A DNA stretch of 64,000 nt from Octopus vulgaris (GCA_951406725.2 OX597836.1:12834001-12898000), one strand, 5' to 3'. Positions 26,170-40,544 are shown, counted from the first letter of the stretch. Program-made: numbers and translations. Notes: generated by a model not told the origin, from the sequence alone.

Positions 26170-27378
26170 TAAAATAACAACTGTTCAGCAAGATATATTC
26201 TCGGTTTGTGTATGGAAAAACAGCAAATTAAAGGCTACAGTTTCATTTTTATATAAGATCAATAATCAATAACAGATGCAAAAAATAACGAATACACAAT
26301 ACAGCAAAAAAAAGTATTAAATATAACCGTTGATGCAAAATGCATTGAAACCAGTGATGTATGATTGTTATATTGTGTCTCCCCAGGAACAACAAAATTT
26401 GCTTCAACACATGGATTCACATAAAGAATCCGGCTATATAGACACAAGAATGGCTATATAGGCACAAGAGTGGCTGTATAAGCACAGGTGTGGCTGTGTG
26501 GTAAAGAACAATAAGAAAGGCTTCTTTCAGTTTCCGCCTACCAAATCCACTCACGAGGCTTTGGTCGGTCCTAGATCATATTAAGAAGACATTTGCCCAA
26601 GGTTCCACACAGTAGGACTGAACCCGGAACCACATGGTTGGGAAGCAAGCTTCTTACAGCACAGCCATGCCTGTGCCTATTTATTTATTTCATTTATTAT
26701 TTACTTTTTGTGGGGATGAAAGTAGCTGAAAAAAAGACAGAGATGGTGGTGACAAGATGCCAAAGAATCTCAAGATACAAAAGGGTGAGTATTAGTGAGA
26801 ATGCCAACAGTAGATTGGAGAGTGGAGAAAACAAAGGAAACTTCTACGTGGTCTCTGAACTAGCTAGAAATATCAGCAAATATCTACAAGTTTTGTTTAT
26901 CATTTTTCAAAATTTGAATTAATTTTACCTCTTTTCAGACATACGACAATGGAGTGCCAAGTAGAAAAAAACAACAACAAACAAACAAATTTATCTAACA
27001 ATCCAATATATGTAGCAGATGTGTATGGTGTTAAAAAAAAAAACCCAGAAAAAAAATCAATATGCGGATATTACTTATATCATTGAACACTCAATAGTTT
27101 TGTCTAGACTGTTGAGCATTATTGATTTTGTAATGAATTTGACATTGTTTCGATGGGTAATAAGAATGTGCGGCAAGAATTGCAGAAGTTTGGTAGTAAC
27201 AAGAGCACAAGAAAGAACAAAGGCAAGTATTGAATTAGACAGAAAGAATAGCAATCTACAACAACCACTTGTTACCAATTCTTTGTGAATCAATACAATG
27301 TTTCTTTCAAATTGTTTCATCATCATCAATGGCACCATCGTCTTTTAATGCTCCTTCTCCATGCTGATATGGGTTGGG

Positions 27379-27755
27379 TGGAGGCGCAATGGCCCAGTGG
27401 TTAGGGCAGCGGACTCGCAGTCGTAGGATCGCGGTTTCGATTCCCAGACCGGGCGTTGTGAGTGTTTATTGAGCGAAAACACCTAAAGCCCCATGAGGCT
27501 CCGGCAGGGGATGGTGGGGATCCCTGCTGTACTCTTTCACCACAACTTTCTCTCACTCTTTCTTCCTGTTTCTGTTGTACCTGTATTTCAAAGGGCCGGC
27601 CTTGTCACTCTCTGTGTCACGCTGAATATCCCCGAGAACTACGTTAAGGGTACACGTGTCTGTGGAGTGCTCAGCCACTTACACGTTAATTTCACGAGCA
27701 GGCTGTTCCGTTGATCGGTTCAACCGGAACCCTCGTCATCGGAACTGACAGAGTG
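27379..27755 (+). mobile_element. tRNA(Arg)-like SINE family B (representative)
   Basis: ggaggcgcaaTGGCCCAGTGGttagggcagcggacTCG...GGTTTCGATTCC. Copies at 1395-1771(-), 35098-35400(+), 31008-31310(+), 41260-41580(+), 16995-17245(+) and 1-33(-). Confidence 0.88.
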
Positions 27756-28103
27756 CTTCCATCCATATGGGTTGGATGGTTTGATAAGATCTGACAAGCT
27801 GCAAGACTGTATTGAGTTCAATGTCAGCTCTGGGGTATGGTTTCTACAGCCGGATGCCTTTCCTAATGTCACCCACTTGTCTGTGGGTAGTGGGTGCCTT
27901 TTTTGTTTCATGCCACGAGCACTAATGAGGTTGCAAAGTAGCTTGCAAGAGAAGAGACAGAAAAAAGCCCTTAGTTACGAGTGACTGAGTGATGGAGGAG
28001 GGTAGTTGAGAGAGGGAGAGATGGCTTTAAACCAGATGTTTGAGAGGCTAAAGTATAATAAAGAGACAAGTACAGAGGACGTTATCAAAGAAGCTTGAGA
28101 GGC

Positions 28104-28460
28104 AGTTGGATGGAACCTACACTCGCCTCCTTATGAGAGCTAAAAATCTCTCGTGGAAGCGTCATCCAACCAAAATGCAAATATATGGGAAACTACCACC
28201 TGTGTCATCTCTTGTGAAGGGTAGGAGAGTCCAGTTTGCTGGACATTGTTGTAGAGCTGAAAACGAGGCAACTTCTACTCTTCTCCTCTGGAAGCCATCT
28301 ACTCGCAACACCAGAGGGCGCACACTCTCCTACCCTGATGTAATCTCCAGGGATACAGGCATCCAGCAACAGGACCTCCGTAATGCTATGATGGACCGTG
28401 AAGTCTGGCGTAGCATGGTAAATTCCATTGTCTGGTCCACGGTCGAACAATGATGATGAC
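28104..28460 (+). mobile_element. RTE/RTEX-like LINE 3' fragment
   Basis: DGTYTRLLMRAKNLSW...RRVQFAGHCCR...LLWKP...RGR...DREVWR with a (TGA)n tail. Confidence 0.8.
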
Positions 28461-29208
28461 AGGTGTCTCGTATTAGAGGATATACATGGCTACCCCACAT
28501 TGTGGGGATGAAAGTAGCTGAAAAAAAGACAAAGATGGTGGTGACAAGATGCCAAAGAATCTCAAGATACAAAAGGGTGAGTATTAGTGAGAATGCCAAC
28601 AGTGGATTGGAGAGTGGAAAAAAATGAAGGAAACTTCTACATGGTCTTTGAACTAGCTAGAAATATCAGCTAGAAATATCTTTCGCAATTTATACCCTAT
28701 CGACGTAAGAAAGAAAAAAAGATACAGGATGTAATAATGTAATTCAGCCACTGAATGTTATGGTTAACATACCTTTGCTCATAGATTTCTTTGATAAGAG
28801 TTGACTTGGGCTTAAATAACAACAAAACACAATCATTATAACAAGGAAGACTAAAATGCAACCCAAGTCATTTGAATATTTAATTAAGATGTGAAATGAG
28901 AATCTCTGTTCACATTTCATCTTCTCTAGTAACCTAATACCTGTAACAGATATTGGGTCAGTAAACAAAATATTTATATATGAGTGATGAGTTGAAATGT
29001 GAACAGCTTTATTGATACCAGGTTACCAGTGCTCAGTTTAGTGTAGCCTCCAAGTTTACAGTTGCCTTTAGTGGAGCCCACTCTGTTGCAAGCAGCTCAA
29101 TCCTGATTTCTTCTTACCGTCCTCACCGTCAGTCATAGAGGACCTGTAGATAAAACCAGGTAGACTGCTACCCTTCCTGCTTTGGCTATATTATTAAATT
29201 ATTTTAAA

Positions 29209-29440
29209 GGCGGCGAGCTGGTAGAAACGTTAGCACGCCAGGTGAAATGTATAGCCGTATTTCGTCTGCCGTTACGTTCTGAGTTCAAATTCCGCCGAGG
29301 TCGACTTTGCCTTTCATCCTTTCAGGGTTGATAAATTAAGTACCAGTTACGCACTGGGGTCGATGTAATCGACTTAATCCGCTTATCTGTCCTTGTTTGT
29401 CCCCTCTGTGTTTAGCCCCTTGTGGGTAGTAAAGAAATAT
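29209..29440 (+). mobile_element. SINE family C (representative)
   Basis: ggcggcgagctggcagaaacgttagcac...gagttcaaattcc...gcctttcatcctttcggggtcgataaattaagtacc. Copies at 612-930, 2532-2757, 57745-57977(-), 58553-58995 and 61558-61788. Confidence 0.85.
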
Positions 29441-30904
29441 ATATTATTATAAAAAACAAATACCGTTAAAAGTCAGTGATATTGATCCCCCATTAATGGG
29501 TACCTCAGATCATAAACTGATAAGTTATCTAAACTATCATTTGGTAACATCTGTTCACTGAAGGAAGATGGTACAGAATGAAGTGTGGACAGAAAGTTGT
29601 TTCAAACTAGGCCAGGGTTTTGAGTAACATAGGACACGATAGTATTTAAACAAGGATCAATGAATGTTATCATAAAAATAGAAACAGAAGGCAATGTTGG
29701 TTGGAGAAAGTTCATGACATTCATGAGAGAAATAATAGAAACTAAAACATTAATGAGCACAGAGCCAGTAACTTTAATTAAATAAAGTGAACTAATTATT
29801 TTCATTAATACAATTGTTATTGTTAAGTGATAGAAACTATAACTTTAATTATTAAAAACTTTAACTGTAATTAATAGAAACTATAAAGTTAATAAATAAT
29901 TAGGTGCAAATATGGTTGTGTGGTTAAGAGGTTTGCTTCCCAACTCCATGGTTTCAGGTTCAGTCCCACTGCATGGCACCTTGGGCAAGGCCTGAACCTA
30001 GGAAGATTAAAAAAACTGGCACTTGATCCAAGCAACAGAACAGCCTGCTCGTGACATTAACATGCAAGTGGCTGAGTACTTCACAGACGCCCATACACTT
30101 AACATAGTTCTCAAAGAGATGCAGAGTGACACAGAATGTGATAAGGTTGGCCCTTTGAATTACAGATGCAAATCATTTTTGCTAGCTGAATGGACAGAAG
30201 CAACATGAAATAAAGTGTCTAACACATGATCGTATGATCTTGAGCCGAACACCTTAACCATTAAGCCAAATGCCTTCACTATCCTGAGTAGATTAGACCT
30301 ATGATCAAAGCTATACCAGCCTTGATCATCCTTTCTTTACTTTATCTTTCTTTCTTTTTTTTTTTTTGTAAATTCCAGTAGATAAAGAAGAAAAACAATG
30401 TCAAGTGAACAAATAACATTTTCATATCAATTACAAATGATTAACATAGTAATTGACTCAACAGAAACAATTTAATTACAGCCCCAGCTTTTTCCTTTTT
30501 TTTTTTTTTTTTTTCCGCAGCGATGTTAGAGTTCCTAGAAGACAACATAATCACAGTCAAACTTTACTGATGAGGAATTTCCTCTGGTGAACTATGCTCA
30601 ACTGTGATTGTGTTACCCTGTAGTGTTATATTACTAAACCCATTATCCTGTCTCTAACTGCCCACAGGCCAGTACAACCAAGGTTTCTCTCGACCGTTTG
30701 GTTTTATTTTCTGCTTTGCGGTCTACTTTATATATTTGCTATTTCATATTAGGAATGACTGAGTAGTTAGTTGAGAAACTTGCTTGCGGACCAAATGGTC
30801 TTGGATTCAGTTTCACAGCACAGAACCTTGGTCGAGTGTCTTCTACTATAGCTCCAGGCTGACTAAAGCCTTACGAGTGGATTTCATGGAACTAAACAAT
30901 CACC

Positions 30905-30935
<31 letters not shown>

Positions 30936-31681
30936 TGTATGGATGGATGGATGGATGGATGTATGGATAGATGTATACATGGATGGGTGTGTGTGTGTGT
31001 GTGTGTGTGAGGCACATGGCCTAGTGGTTAGAGCAGCAGACTTGCGGTCGAGGGATTGCGGGTTCAAATCTCAGACCAGGCGATGTGTGTGTTTATGAGC
31101 GAAACGCCTAAGCTCCACGCGGCTCTGGCAGAAGGTAATGGCGAAACTCTTGCTGACTCTTTCGCCACAACTTTCTCTCACTCCTTCCTCCTGCATCTTG
31201 CAGCTCACCTGCGACGGACTGGCATCCCGTCCAGGTTAGGGAACCTATACACCAAGAAACCAGGAAACCGGCTCTTATGAGCCAGGTATGGCTTGAGAGG
31301 GAACAAACAATGGGTGTGTGTGTGTTAATGTCTCGACATGGTGTTGTGATAACCTCAAATGTGTATCAGCATCATAAAAGTGATCTCCTTTGTTTTTGAT
31401 TTCTGTGAAAATAATGTTACCTTACCTGGAAACAGGTGAAGGATAGGAACATAAAGAGCATCTGGTCATGGAAAACCTATTTCAATGAATTCCGCCTGCC
31501 TCATTCAAGCATGGAAAATGAACATTAAAATGATGATGGTGACGATTATACACACACATACACACACACATATATATAGGGAGAATTCATAAAAAACACA
31601 AGACGAAGACAGGTGGTGTAGACAACAAACAGATGTATTAGTATAACGCTCGGGAAGTGAAAAAGTCTTTAACGTTTCAAG

Positions 31682-31736
<55 letters not shown>

Positions 31737-32469
31737 CTGCATGCTGTGAATGCACAAGGTTCAGTGGTTAGAGTGTTAGGCTTACAATCGTGAGGTAGTG
31801 AGTTCAATTCATGAACTGGGTTGTGTATTGTGTTCTTGAGCAAGACACTTTATTTCACATTGCTCTACTTCACTGGTGCCAAGCTGTATCAGCCTTTGCC
31901 TTCTCAGTGGTGTGGAAAGGGGAGACTGATAAGCATGGATGGTTGCTGGTTTTCCATAAACGACCTTGACTGGATTTGTGCCTTGGAGGGAAACTTTCTA
32001 GGTGCAATCCCATGGTCATTCATAACCAAAGGGGGTCATTTTACTATATAAATATATATATAAATAGATTGCATGAATTAAGTAGCCAGTGATTGTGAGA
32101 TTTTGCATCTCGGTGTTGTGAGACTTGATGCAAGTGAGACTAAGTAGCTTGACTACTGATCACGTAAGTTCAAACCTTTCTAGGGTTGTATTGTATCACA
32201 AAATGTATCACCTTAGGTCAGCTCACTTCAGGCTTGCCTAACTGAAAAGAAATAAGTTCATTTTATGGTCAAACTATTAACCGTAAAAAGAAAAAAAACG
32301 ACAACCAGAAAAGTGGGAGCAAAAAAATAGAACTAGGTACAATATTATGCAAATATTATATATTTGTGAATTCACATGAAACAACCCATTTGTACTTTCA
32401 GAGAAAAAACAAAAATGAAATAAAAACAAAGGTAAACATTATCCATAATCAAGGGATATTCCTCAGTAT

Positions 32470-33721
32470 CAATTAAGCATACCGATATCAATCCAACTGT
32501 ATCAAAGTCACCAAAATATAGGGTCCAGCCACGTCGACACCTTTCTTTCCAGAAACAATGCCACGTGATTGAATTTTGGTGCTTCTTTGAAATCTACATT
32601 TCAGCTCAGGTGAGAACCAGGATGACAGGCTGCACAGAATAGTCCTATCATTGATGAAGTGACTGAAAATTCTGGAACAGTGTATGTCCCCACACAAGAT
32701 ATTATTTATAGATGAGAGTTTGTGGAAATTCAAGGAAAGGCTCCAATTCAAACGACACAACCAAACCAAATGTATCTGCTTTGGAATCAAGGTTTATAAA
32801 GTATGCCAGTCAAGTGACAGAGCCTGTGGGTACATGTGGAATTACAAAATCTACACTGATCAGGACAGATTGGATCTTCCAGCATCTACTCTAGCATCAA
32901 CTGATGTCATGTTGTCGCTGAATGAAAACTTGTTTGACAAAGGCTACGATATTTATATGAACAACTGGTTTTCCAGTCCAGAACTCTTCCTGAAGCTGCA
33001 GGTGAGGAGGACTAATGCCTGTGGGACTGTGAGGACGCACAGGAAAAACATGCCATCCAATCTGCACAAGATAAAACTTCAAAAGGAAGAAGGAATGTAT
33101 CAATGCACCGATAGTGGCATTCTCACTTTAGTGTAGTGTGACAAGAAAAATGTCTGCATGTTATCCACACTACATTCTGCAAGCATGAAGGACACTAGGA
33201 AACAAGATGCAGACGATAAGGCCACAATGAAACCGAGTGTAGTTATTTCATACAATGAATAGACAGGAAGGGTCAATTGCTCAGATCAGCTGGCAATGAC
33301 ACACAAATTGGTGAGAAAATTTGTGGAATGGTACAAAAAAATTTTCTTGTATATTGTTGACATGTGTGTCATGAACTCACATTTGATTTGGCAGATGCTT
33401 GGTGGAGTGGAGGATGGATTGACATTCAGGAATCTATTGTTCCAACGAAATGATAGAAGCATCAGACCTGCCAAAGTACAGAACATATGGACATCCACAG
33501 GCCGGACTCTCTCCTCATCGCACGGTAAGGGACATGGATATTTTCCACAACTGTTTCCCTCCACCCCCAAGATGACAAATGCTTCAAAGAGATGCACAGT
33601 ATGTAAAGCAAAAGAGAAATGTAAGCAAACTAGATACTATTGTTCACAATGTGATATGCCACTGTGTGTGGCACCTGCATTGAACTCTACCACACTAAAG
33701 TTAATTTTTGAATTCACGTGA
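32470..33721 (+). pseudogene. Decayed piggyBac (PGBD4-like) transposase
   Basis: IDESLWKFK, FGIKVYKVC, GYxxNxxIY, YMNNWFSSPELF, ACGTVR and a C-terminal Cys-rich RCTVC...TRYYCSQCDMPLC; stops and frameshifts. Possible right end with TTAA near 34405. Confidence 0.9.
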
Positions 33722-33858
33722 TTGCAAACACATGAAGTTGATCTGACTTGTGCGGTCAAGTGACCTTATTCAGGAATAATACCACATGACCATCCTGCAC
33801 AGGGACATAGTTTAGGTAGATAAACTGTACTTGCACTAAAGCGGTTGATGTAAATATG

Positions 33859-34300
33859 AGGCGCAGGAGTGGCTGTGTGGTAAGTAGCTTGCTAACCAAC
33901 CACATGGTTCCGGGTTCAGTCCCACTGCGTGGCATCTTGGGAAAGTGTCTTCTGCTATAGCCCCGGGCCGACCAATGCCTTGTGAGTGGATTTGGTAGAC
34001 GGAAACAGAAAGAAGCCCGTCGTATATATGTATATATATATATATATGTATGTATGTGTTTGTGTGTCTGTGTTTGTCCCCCTAGCATAGCTTGACAACC
34101 GATGCTGGTGTGTTTACATCCCAGTTACTTAGCGGTTCGGCAAAAAGAGACCGATAGAATAAGTACTGGGCTTACAAAAGAATAAGTCCCGGGGTCGAGT
34201 TGCTCGACTAAAGGCGGTGCTCCAGCATGGCCACAGTCAAATGACTGAAACATGTGAAAGAGTAAAAGAGTAAAAGAGTAAAAGAGTAAAAGAGTAAAAG
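33859..34300 (+). mobile_element. tRNA-derived SINE family A (representative full copy)
   Basis: Head aggcgcaggagTGGCTGTGTGGtaag...GGTTCAGTCCC with A/B boxes, internal (TA)n(TG)n, (AGTAAAAG)n tail. More than 20 copies, e.g. 3040-3443(-), 13490-13946(-), 21770-22157(-), 23565-24003(-), 35783-36175(-), 41720-42126(-), 45672-46076(-), 47442-47852(-), 48341-48780(+), 54221-54610(+), 55337-55720(+), 56045-56462(-), 62910-63300(-). Confidence 0.9.
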
Positions 34301-35529
34301 AGTATGTGCCGAATGCTATCTCACAGTGAGTGCTAATCTCAATCAATTGCGATTACCGTTGCAGTGCAAAGGCAACCAAATGAATCACTGCCGTAAACTG
34401 GTTAAAACAGTTGATGTAAATATACTCTGAACCATTGTCATGTGCTAATTGCTGGTCTCAGTCGAGATGATTACAATGCAACCTAGTTGCTTGATAAAAA
34501 AAAAACAAAAAAACACATTATCATGGTGTTAAATGAGACAAAGAGGAAAGGCAGTGTTTTTTTTTTTCAACCAATAAATGGTAACAAAAATGTTGAAACA
34601 ATCTAAATAAAGCTTTTCATCTAAATTTCATGTTAATTTATGTTCCAACCCCAGTTTAATAACAACAAAGCTGTTTTACTAAACTTTTTTTATTATTCTC
34701 AACATTACCTGGAAACAAAGGCAAAGTATTCCAACAGAAACGTGGTAACAAAAGGGTTAAAGACTACATAGAGAAGAGCATTTTGTCTACTGCTCTTACT
34801 GCTCTTATGATTCCACCATTCCACAGCCTATTTCATACTATTTACAATCTGCAATGAATGTTTTGTTTTCAATGACATCTTGAACCACACAAAGTCAAAC
34901 TCCTATTTTTATTAATTCAAATTGGTTCAAAGAAAGCAAAACAACAAATTAGTCAGGTGCATGACTGTACCAAGAAAATGACATTTATTTATAAATTACA
35001 CAGATATTTGTTTTACTTTCTCTACTCTTTAACCCACCAACAGTAACCGTAGTGAGTTTTGTTAAGTTGTTTTGACTTATGAAAGATATAAACAAAGTGG
35101 AGGCGCAATGGCCCAGTGGTTAGGGCAGCAGACTCGCGGTCGTAGTATCGCGGTTTCGATTCCCAGACCGGGTGTTGTGTGTGTTTATTGAGCGAAAAAC
35201 GCCTAAAGCTCCACGAGGCTCCGGCAGGGGTTGGTGGCGATCCCTGCTGTACTCTTCCGCCACAACTTTCTCTCACTCTTTCTTCTGTTGGCCCGCTCGC
35301 TTAGCCAGCGGGGTGGCATAATTTGAAGGCTAAAACAATGCAAAACGCATTGTGACCAGTGATGTGTAGCAACATCTGGTCGGTCACGGTGATCACAATG
35401 ATAAACAAATACCAGATTATGATTTTTTGGTCCATAGCTGCCCTAGAGAAAACCTACATTGCAGAGGATGGGGTGTACAAGGTTGTATGACCTGCTAGAT
35501 ATAGTAGCCAAATCTTCCTCAGATTATGC

Positions 35530-35764
35530 CAGTGTTTCTCAACCAGTTTTTACCTATGGACCCCTTTGATCCCTATTTTATTCAGATGGACCCTTATAAC
35601 CATTCAATGGTTAAAAAATCCTATTATATTTTTATAATTAAATATTATTAGGAATTGTATTAAAAAAAAATTGCTAATTTATTTTGTGTATTTCAGAAGT
35701 ATAACCAATTTATTGCCTATAAATTTTTAACAAAATCTTATATGAACCCCAGTTGAGAATACTG
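35530..35764. mobile_element. hAT-like MITE (others at about 14412-14600 and 46260-46475)
   Basis: cagtgtttctcaac...gttgagaatactg terminal inverted repeats, Charlie/MER5-like. Confidence 0.65.
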
Positions 35765-37219
35765 AATTACATACCCTTTTTTTTACTCTTTTACTTGTTT
35801 CAGTCATTTGGCTGCGGCCATGCTGGAGTACCGCCTTTAGTCGAGTAAATTGACCCCAAGACTTATTCTTTGTAAGCCTAGTACTTATTCTATTGGTCTC
35901 TTTTGCCGAACAGTTAAGTTACAGGGACGTAAACACACCAGCATCGGTTGTCAAGCGATGTTGGGGGAGACAAACACACACACACACATATATACATATA
36001 CATATATATATGACGGGCTTCTTTTCAGTTTCTGTCTACCAAATCCACTCACAAGGCTTTGGTCGGCCTGAGGCTATAGTAGAAGACACTTGCCCAAGGT
36101 GCCACGCAATGGGACTGAACCCGGAACTATGTGGCTGGTAAGCAAGCAACTTACGACACGGCCACTCATGCGCCTGAAATTTTTAAATAAAGAAAAACAG
36201 TGAATAATATAATCTGGGGCAGAGAATGCATGCCTTAAAAATAAAACAAAAAAAAAAACAAAGGTAAAATGATCTAGCTGTTTTATCTTTTGATCATATG
36301 TCTCCCAAGCCGGGTCTAACTAGGGGCTATACGGTAATAACAATATCATTCCCAAGCATTATTTCTCAGTGGATTAGTAACTTTTGTTTGGATAATTCTC
36401 CCGAGAATGACACTGTCATAACATCCATTTCATTTTTGACATTGTTTTTTGGTTTTTTTGGGGTTTTTTTATTAGTGATGTCACATGAGAAAAAGTACAC
36501 TGATAGTGATTCCTAATGTAGGCTGGCTGTGTGGTAAAGAAGTTTACTACACAACTATGTAAGCTTTGGTTTTAATTTCATTGCACAGTAATGAGGAGAT
36601 ATCGTCAAGAAGTGTCTTGTGAGTGAAAGATGATAGGTAAAGAAATAGTGTGTGCACCCTCACACACTCATGTACCCCCACACACACATGCACATTACAT
36701 AAAGGATAATTATCCTAAAGCAGAAACTCTTAATCTACATACATACACATACGTTATACATGCGTGACTGGGTCATAAGAAGCTTGCTTCCCAACCACAT
36801 GGTTCTGGGTTCAGTCCCACTGCGTGGCACCTTGGGCAAGTGTCTTCTACTACAGCCTCGGACCAACCAAAGCCTTGTGAGTGGATTTGGTAGATGGAAA
36901 CTGAAAGAAGCCCATCATATACATATATATATTTTCATTTTTCCTTTCATCTAGTTTCAGCTCACAGGCTGTGGCCATGCTGGGGCACCATATATATATA
37001 TGTCTGTGTTTGTGTGTGCCTGTGTTTGTCCCCCCCACCCACTATCGTTTGACAACCGATGCTGGTGTGTTTATATCCCCGTAACTTAGCAGTTCAGCAA
37101 AAGAGGTCTCAGGCTTACAAAGAATAAGTTCGGGGGTCGATTTCCTCAACTAAAAGGCAGTGCTCCATCATGGCCCTGGTCAAATGACTGATGCAAGTAA
37201 AAAAAAAAGGAATGAAGGG

Positions 37220-37254
<35 letters not shown>

Positions 37255-39240
37255 TGTGTGTAATTTAAATCAATTTGACTCAGTTCCATGCGACTTAAAG
37301 TTATGCAGGCCTTTATCAGAAACCCCTATCTTTCAGGCTTAGTATGTCATTATTCAGTTTTATTTCAAGATTTCTTGCCAACAGAGAAAGAGCTGGTTTC
37401 TAACCTAGATCCAAGGCTCCTTCACTGGAATTTCAACATCAACATTACCAATCTCATGTTTTGAATTGTATTTTTCCATTTGTAAAAAGCACCAATCTAA
37501 TCGTGGCTGTTGCCAGCCTCGCCTGGCACATAAAAAGCACCCACTACACTCACGGAGTGGTTGACGTTAGGAAGGGCATCCAGCTGTAGAAACACTGCCA
37601 GATCAGACTGGGCCTGGTGCAGCCTCCTGGCTTCCCAGACCCCAGTTGAACCGTCCAACCCATGCTAGCTTGGAGAACGGACGTTAAACGATGATGATGA
37701 TGATGAATAACAGGGTATTTTAGTATATATGCAGCTATGTATACGTGTAGATTTATACGCCTTCTCATTCATATGCTTGCATATCTAAACTTGCTCATAT
37801 ATACTTAAATGATAAGCATGTATGCATGTATGTATGTATATATTATATGTAAGAATGTTAATCTTTCAGAAGTGATAACTATTAACATAATTATATTAAA
37901 CACTTGGACTCCACCCTTGAAACACTTTGTCAACTGATAGGCTTATCATAACCTTTACACTTACATTATCTAAAATGACAAAATATTAAAGCATAAGGAC
38001 TGAATATAATAAAACTCGCTTTTCTTCTAAACCATCTTTTAAATCAGACCACACTACCATTTTCTTGTATCTTTTTATCTTTTCCTTGTTTCAGTCATTG
38101 GACTGCAACCATGTAGGGGCAATGCCCTGAAGTGTTTAATCCAACAAATTGATCCCCCCGTGCTTTTTTTTTTCTTCAAAATTCTGATACTTATTCTATT
38201 AGTTTATTTTGCCAAACTGCTAAGTTATGGGAACATAAACAAACCAACACTGGTTGTCAAGCAGTAGGGGAGCACACACACACACACACACACATACACA
38301 CACACATATGCTCATATATATATTCCACACATTCTCCATCTACCAAATTCCCTCACAAAGTATTGGTCAGCTTGCAGCAATTATAGAAGACACTTGCCCA
38401 AGGTGCCCCGCAGTGGGACTAAATTGAACTCAAAACCACATGGTTACAAAGCATGTGAGATTTGTTCATTTCAGTTTTTTTTTTTTTATACTCTTTATTC
38501 TTTACTCTTTTACTTGTTTCAGTCATTTGACTGCGGCCATGCTGGAGCACCGCCTTTAATCGAGCAACTCGACCCCGGGACTTATTCTTTTGTAAGCCCA
38601 GTACTTATTCTATCGGTCTCTTTTGCCGAACCGCTAAGTAACGGGGACATAAACACACAAGCATTGGTTGTCAAGCTATTTATTTAATTATTTATATATT
38701 TATTTATTTATATATTTAATTTGTTTAACATGTAATAGCAATAAATAACATAATCCAATTATATATTTAGAGCTACAGGATAAAATGCAAATTTGGAGCA
38801 CATTTTTTTATTCATTAAAAAAAAATACCGTTGTAATTTCTCATATGGGACATGGTAAAATGGGTCACTAAAAAATACTGTAATCTTTCTCTCCTTTCCC
38901 TTGATACCTTAAGCATGTGCGTATATTGTTTTATTGGTTAGTCAGGGACCGACATCAAATATATATTTTATACTAGCAAAAAAAATAAAATAAATGTTAA
39001 ATCCATACACACATATTTTTATACATATATAATGAGAATGATGATGATGATGATGGTCATAATGATAATATATACACTACACCCTCCCCAACCATTATTG
39101 TTTGTGTAGAAAATTTAACGACATTTCATTTTGCATTGTATTTAGCTATTCTGAGTTCTGCATGTTCAACAGTATACACACATGCATGTATATATATATA
39201 TATATATATGTATACATGCATGTTCAACAGTATACACACA

Positions 39241-39284
<44 letters not shown>

Positions 39285-39403
39285 CGGTTTAAGTAATTGA
39301 GATTTAAGTGAGTTCTAATGAATTCACATGAATATGGTCCTTAACTAGGATGCACCGGAAATCTATATGGTGTTAACCATACGACAAAGTGGGGTGATTA
39401 CAA

Positions 39404-39526
39404 ATAGGAAAAAAGCAACAAGAATGGATTAAAATATCAGTACAATTGTTTGTAGCGTATTAAAGATGTCCTCGTACGAAACAATTGTACCGATATTTTG
39501 ATCCATTCTTGTTGCTTCTTTCCTAT
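39404..39526. repeat. Inverted repeat, about 48-bp arms, in a (TA)n-inserted element (about 39285-39526)
   Basis: taggaaaaaagcaacaagaatgga...tacaattgttt pairs with aaacaattgtac...tccattcttgttgcttctttccta; contains the hammerhead 3' half GAAACAATTGTA. Confidence 0.8.
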
Positions 39527-39989
39527 ATATATATATATATGCATCTTTGCATTTATATGTATGTATGTATATCATTTAGTTTTTTCTTCTGTCTTCGAAG
39601 AGTTTAGTCAAACAAATCAGCCCCAGTACTAATTCTAGGAGTCTATTTTACTGAACGGCCAAGTTACAGGGATGTAAACAAACCAAGACTGGTGGGGAAC
39701 AAACTCAAAAGCACACACACACACACACACACACATACAATGGTCACCTTTCAGTTTCCATCTGCCAAATCCACTCACAAGGCTTTGGTTGGCCTGGGGC
39801 CATTGGAGAAAATATTTGCCCAAGGTTCCAACCAGTGGGAGTGAACCTGGAACCATGTTGTTGAGAAACAATTATCTTATTACACAGCCATGTCTGTACA
39901 TGTATAGGGTCTATTAATACAAACGGAAAAATACAATTCAAAACATGAGACTCTCTCTCTCTCGTATTTATATATATATATATATATAT

Positions 39990-40384
39990 TTCTGTGCCGG
40001 TGGCACATAAAAAGCACCATCCGAACGTGGCCGATGCCAGCGCCGCCTCGACTGGCTTCTGTGCCAGTGGCACATAAAAAGCACCATCCGAACGTGGCCG
40101 ATGCCAGCGCTGCCTTGGCTGGCTTCCGTGCCAGTGGCACATTAAAAGCACCAACCGATCGTGGCCGATGCCAGACTCCCCTGGCACCTGTGCCGGTGGC
40201 ACGTAAAAAGCACCCACTACACTCGCGGAGTGGTTGGCGTTAGGAAGGGCATCCAGCTGTAGAAACATTGCCAGATCAGACTGGAGCCTGGTGCAGCCCC
40301 TGGCTTCCCAGATCCCCGGTCGAACCGTCCAACCCATGCTAGCATGGAGAACGGACGTTAAACGATGATGATGATGATGATGAT
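39990..40384 (+). mobile_element. Repeat family D: RTE-LINE 3' UTR copies with about 60-bp internal VNTR and (GAT)n tail (representative)
   Basis: Units gtgccggtggcacgtaaaaagcaccatccg... then ggcgttaggaagggcatccagctgtagaaac. Copies at 5307-5575, 11837-12285, 17688-18128, 20756-21220(-), 23000-23470(-), 24325-24720 and 46495-46768. Confidence 0.85.
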
Positions 40385-40544
40385 ATATAAATCATTATTT
40401 AACATCTGTTTTCCATGTATGGGTTGGATGGTTTGACAGGAGCTGGTCAGCTGAATAACTGCCCATGTTCCGATAGTCTGTTTTGGCATGGTTTTTATGG
40501 CTGGGTGCCAACCACCTTACAGAGTATACTAGGGGCTTTTACAT

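Noticed and set aside
27379-27452. tRNA-Arg gene
   Set aside because: A/B boxes are present, but it continues into a SINE body found in several copies and lacks a proper acceptor stem.
30567-30600. CTGATGA followed by a small hairpin
   Set aside because: No correctly placed GAAA or helix III.
32684-33721. Domesticated piggyBac gene
   Set aside because: Multiple in-frame stops and frameshifts, and the second catalytic Asp region reads MNNWF.
39744-40337. 197-aa ORF and similar ORFs (MGWTV..., MLGGQT..., MPKVP...)
   Set aside because: Recurrent translations of SINE and LINE-UTR repeats; no splice or protein-family support.
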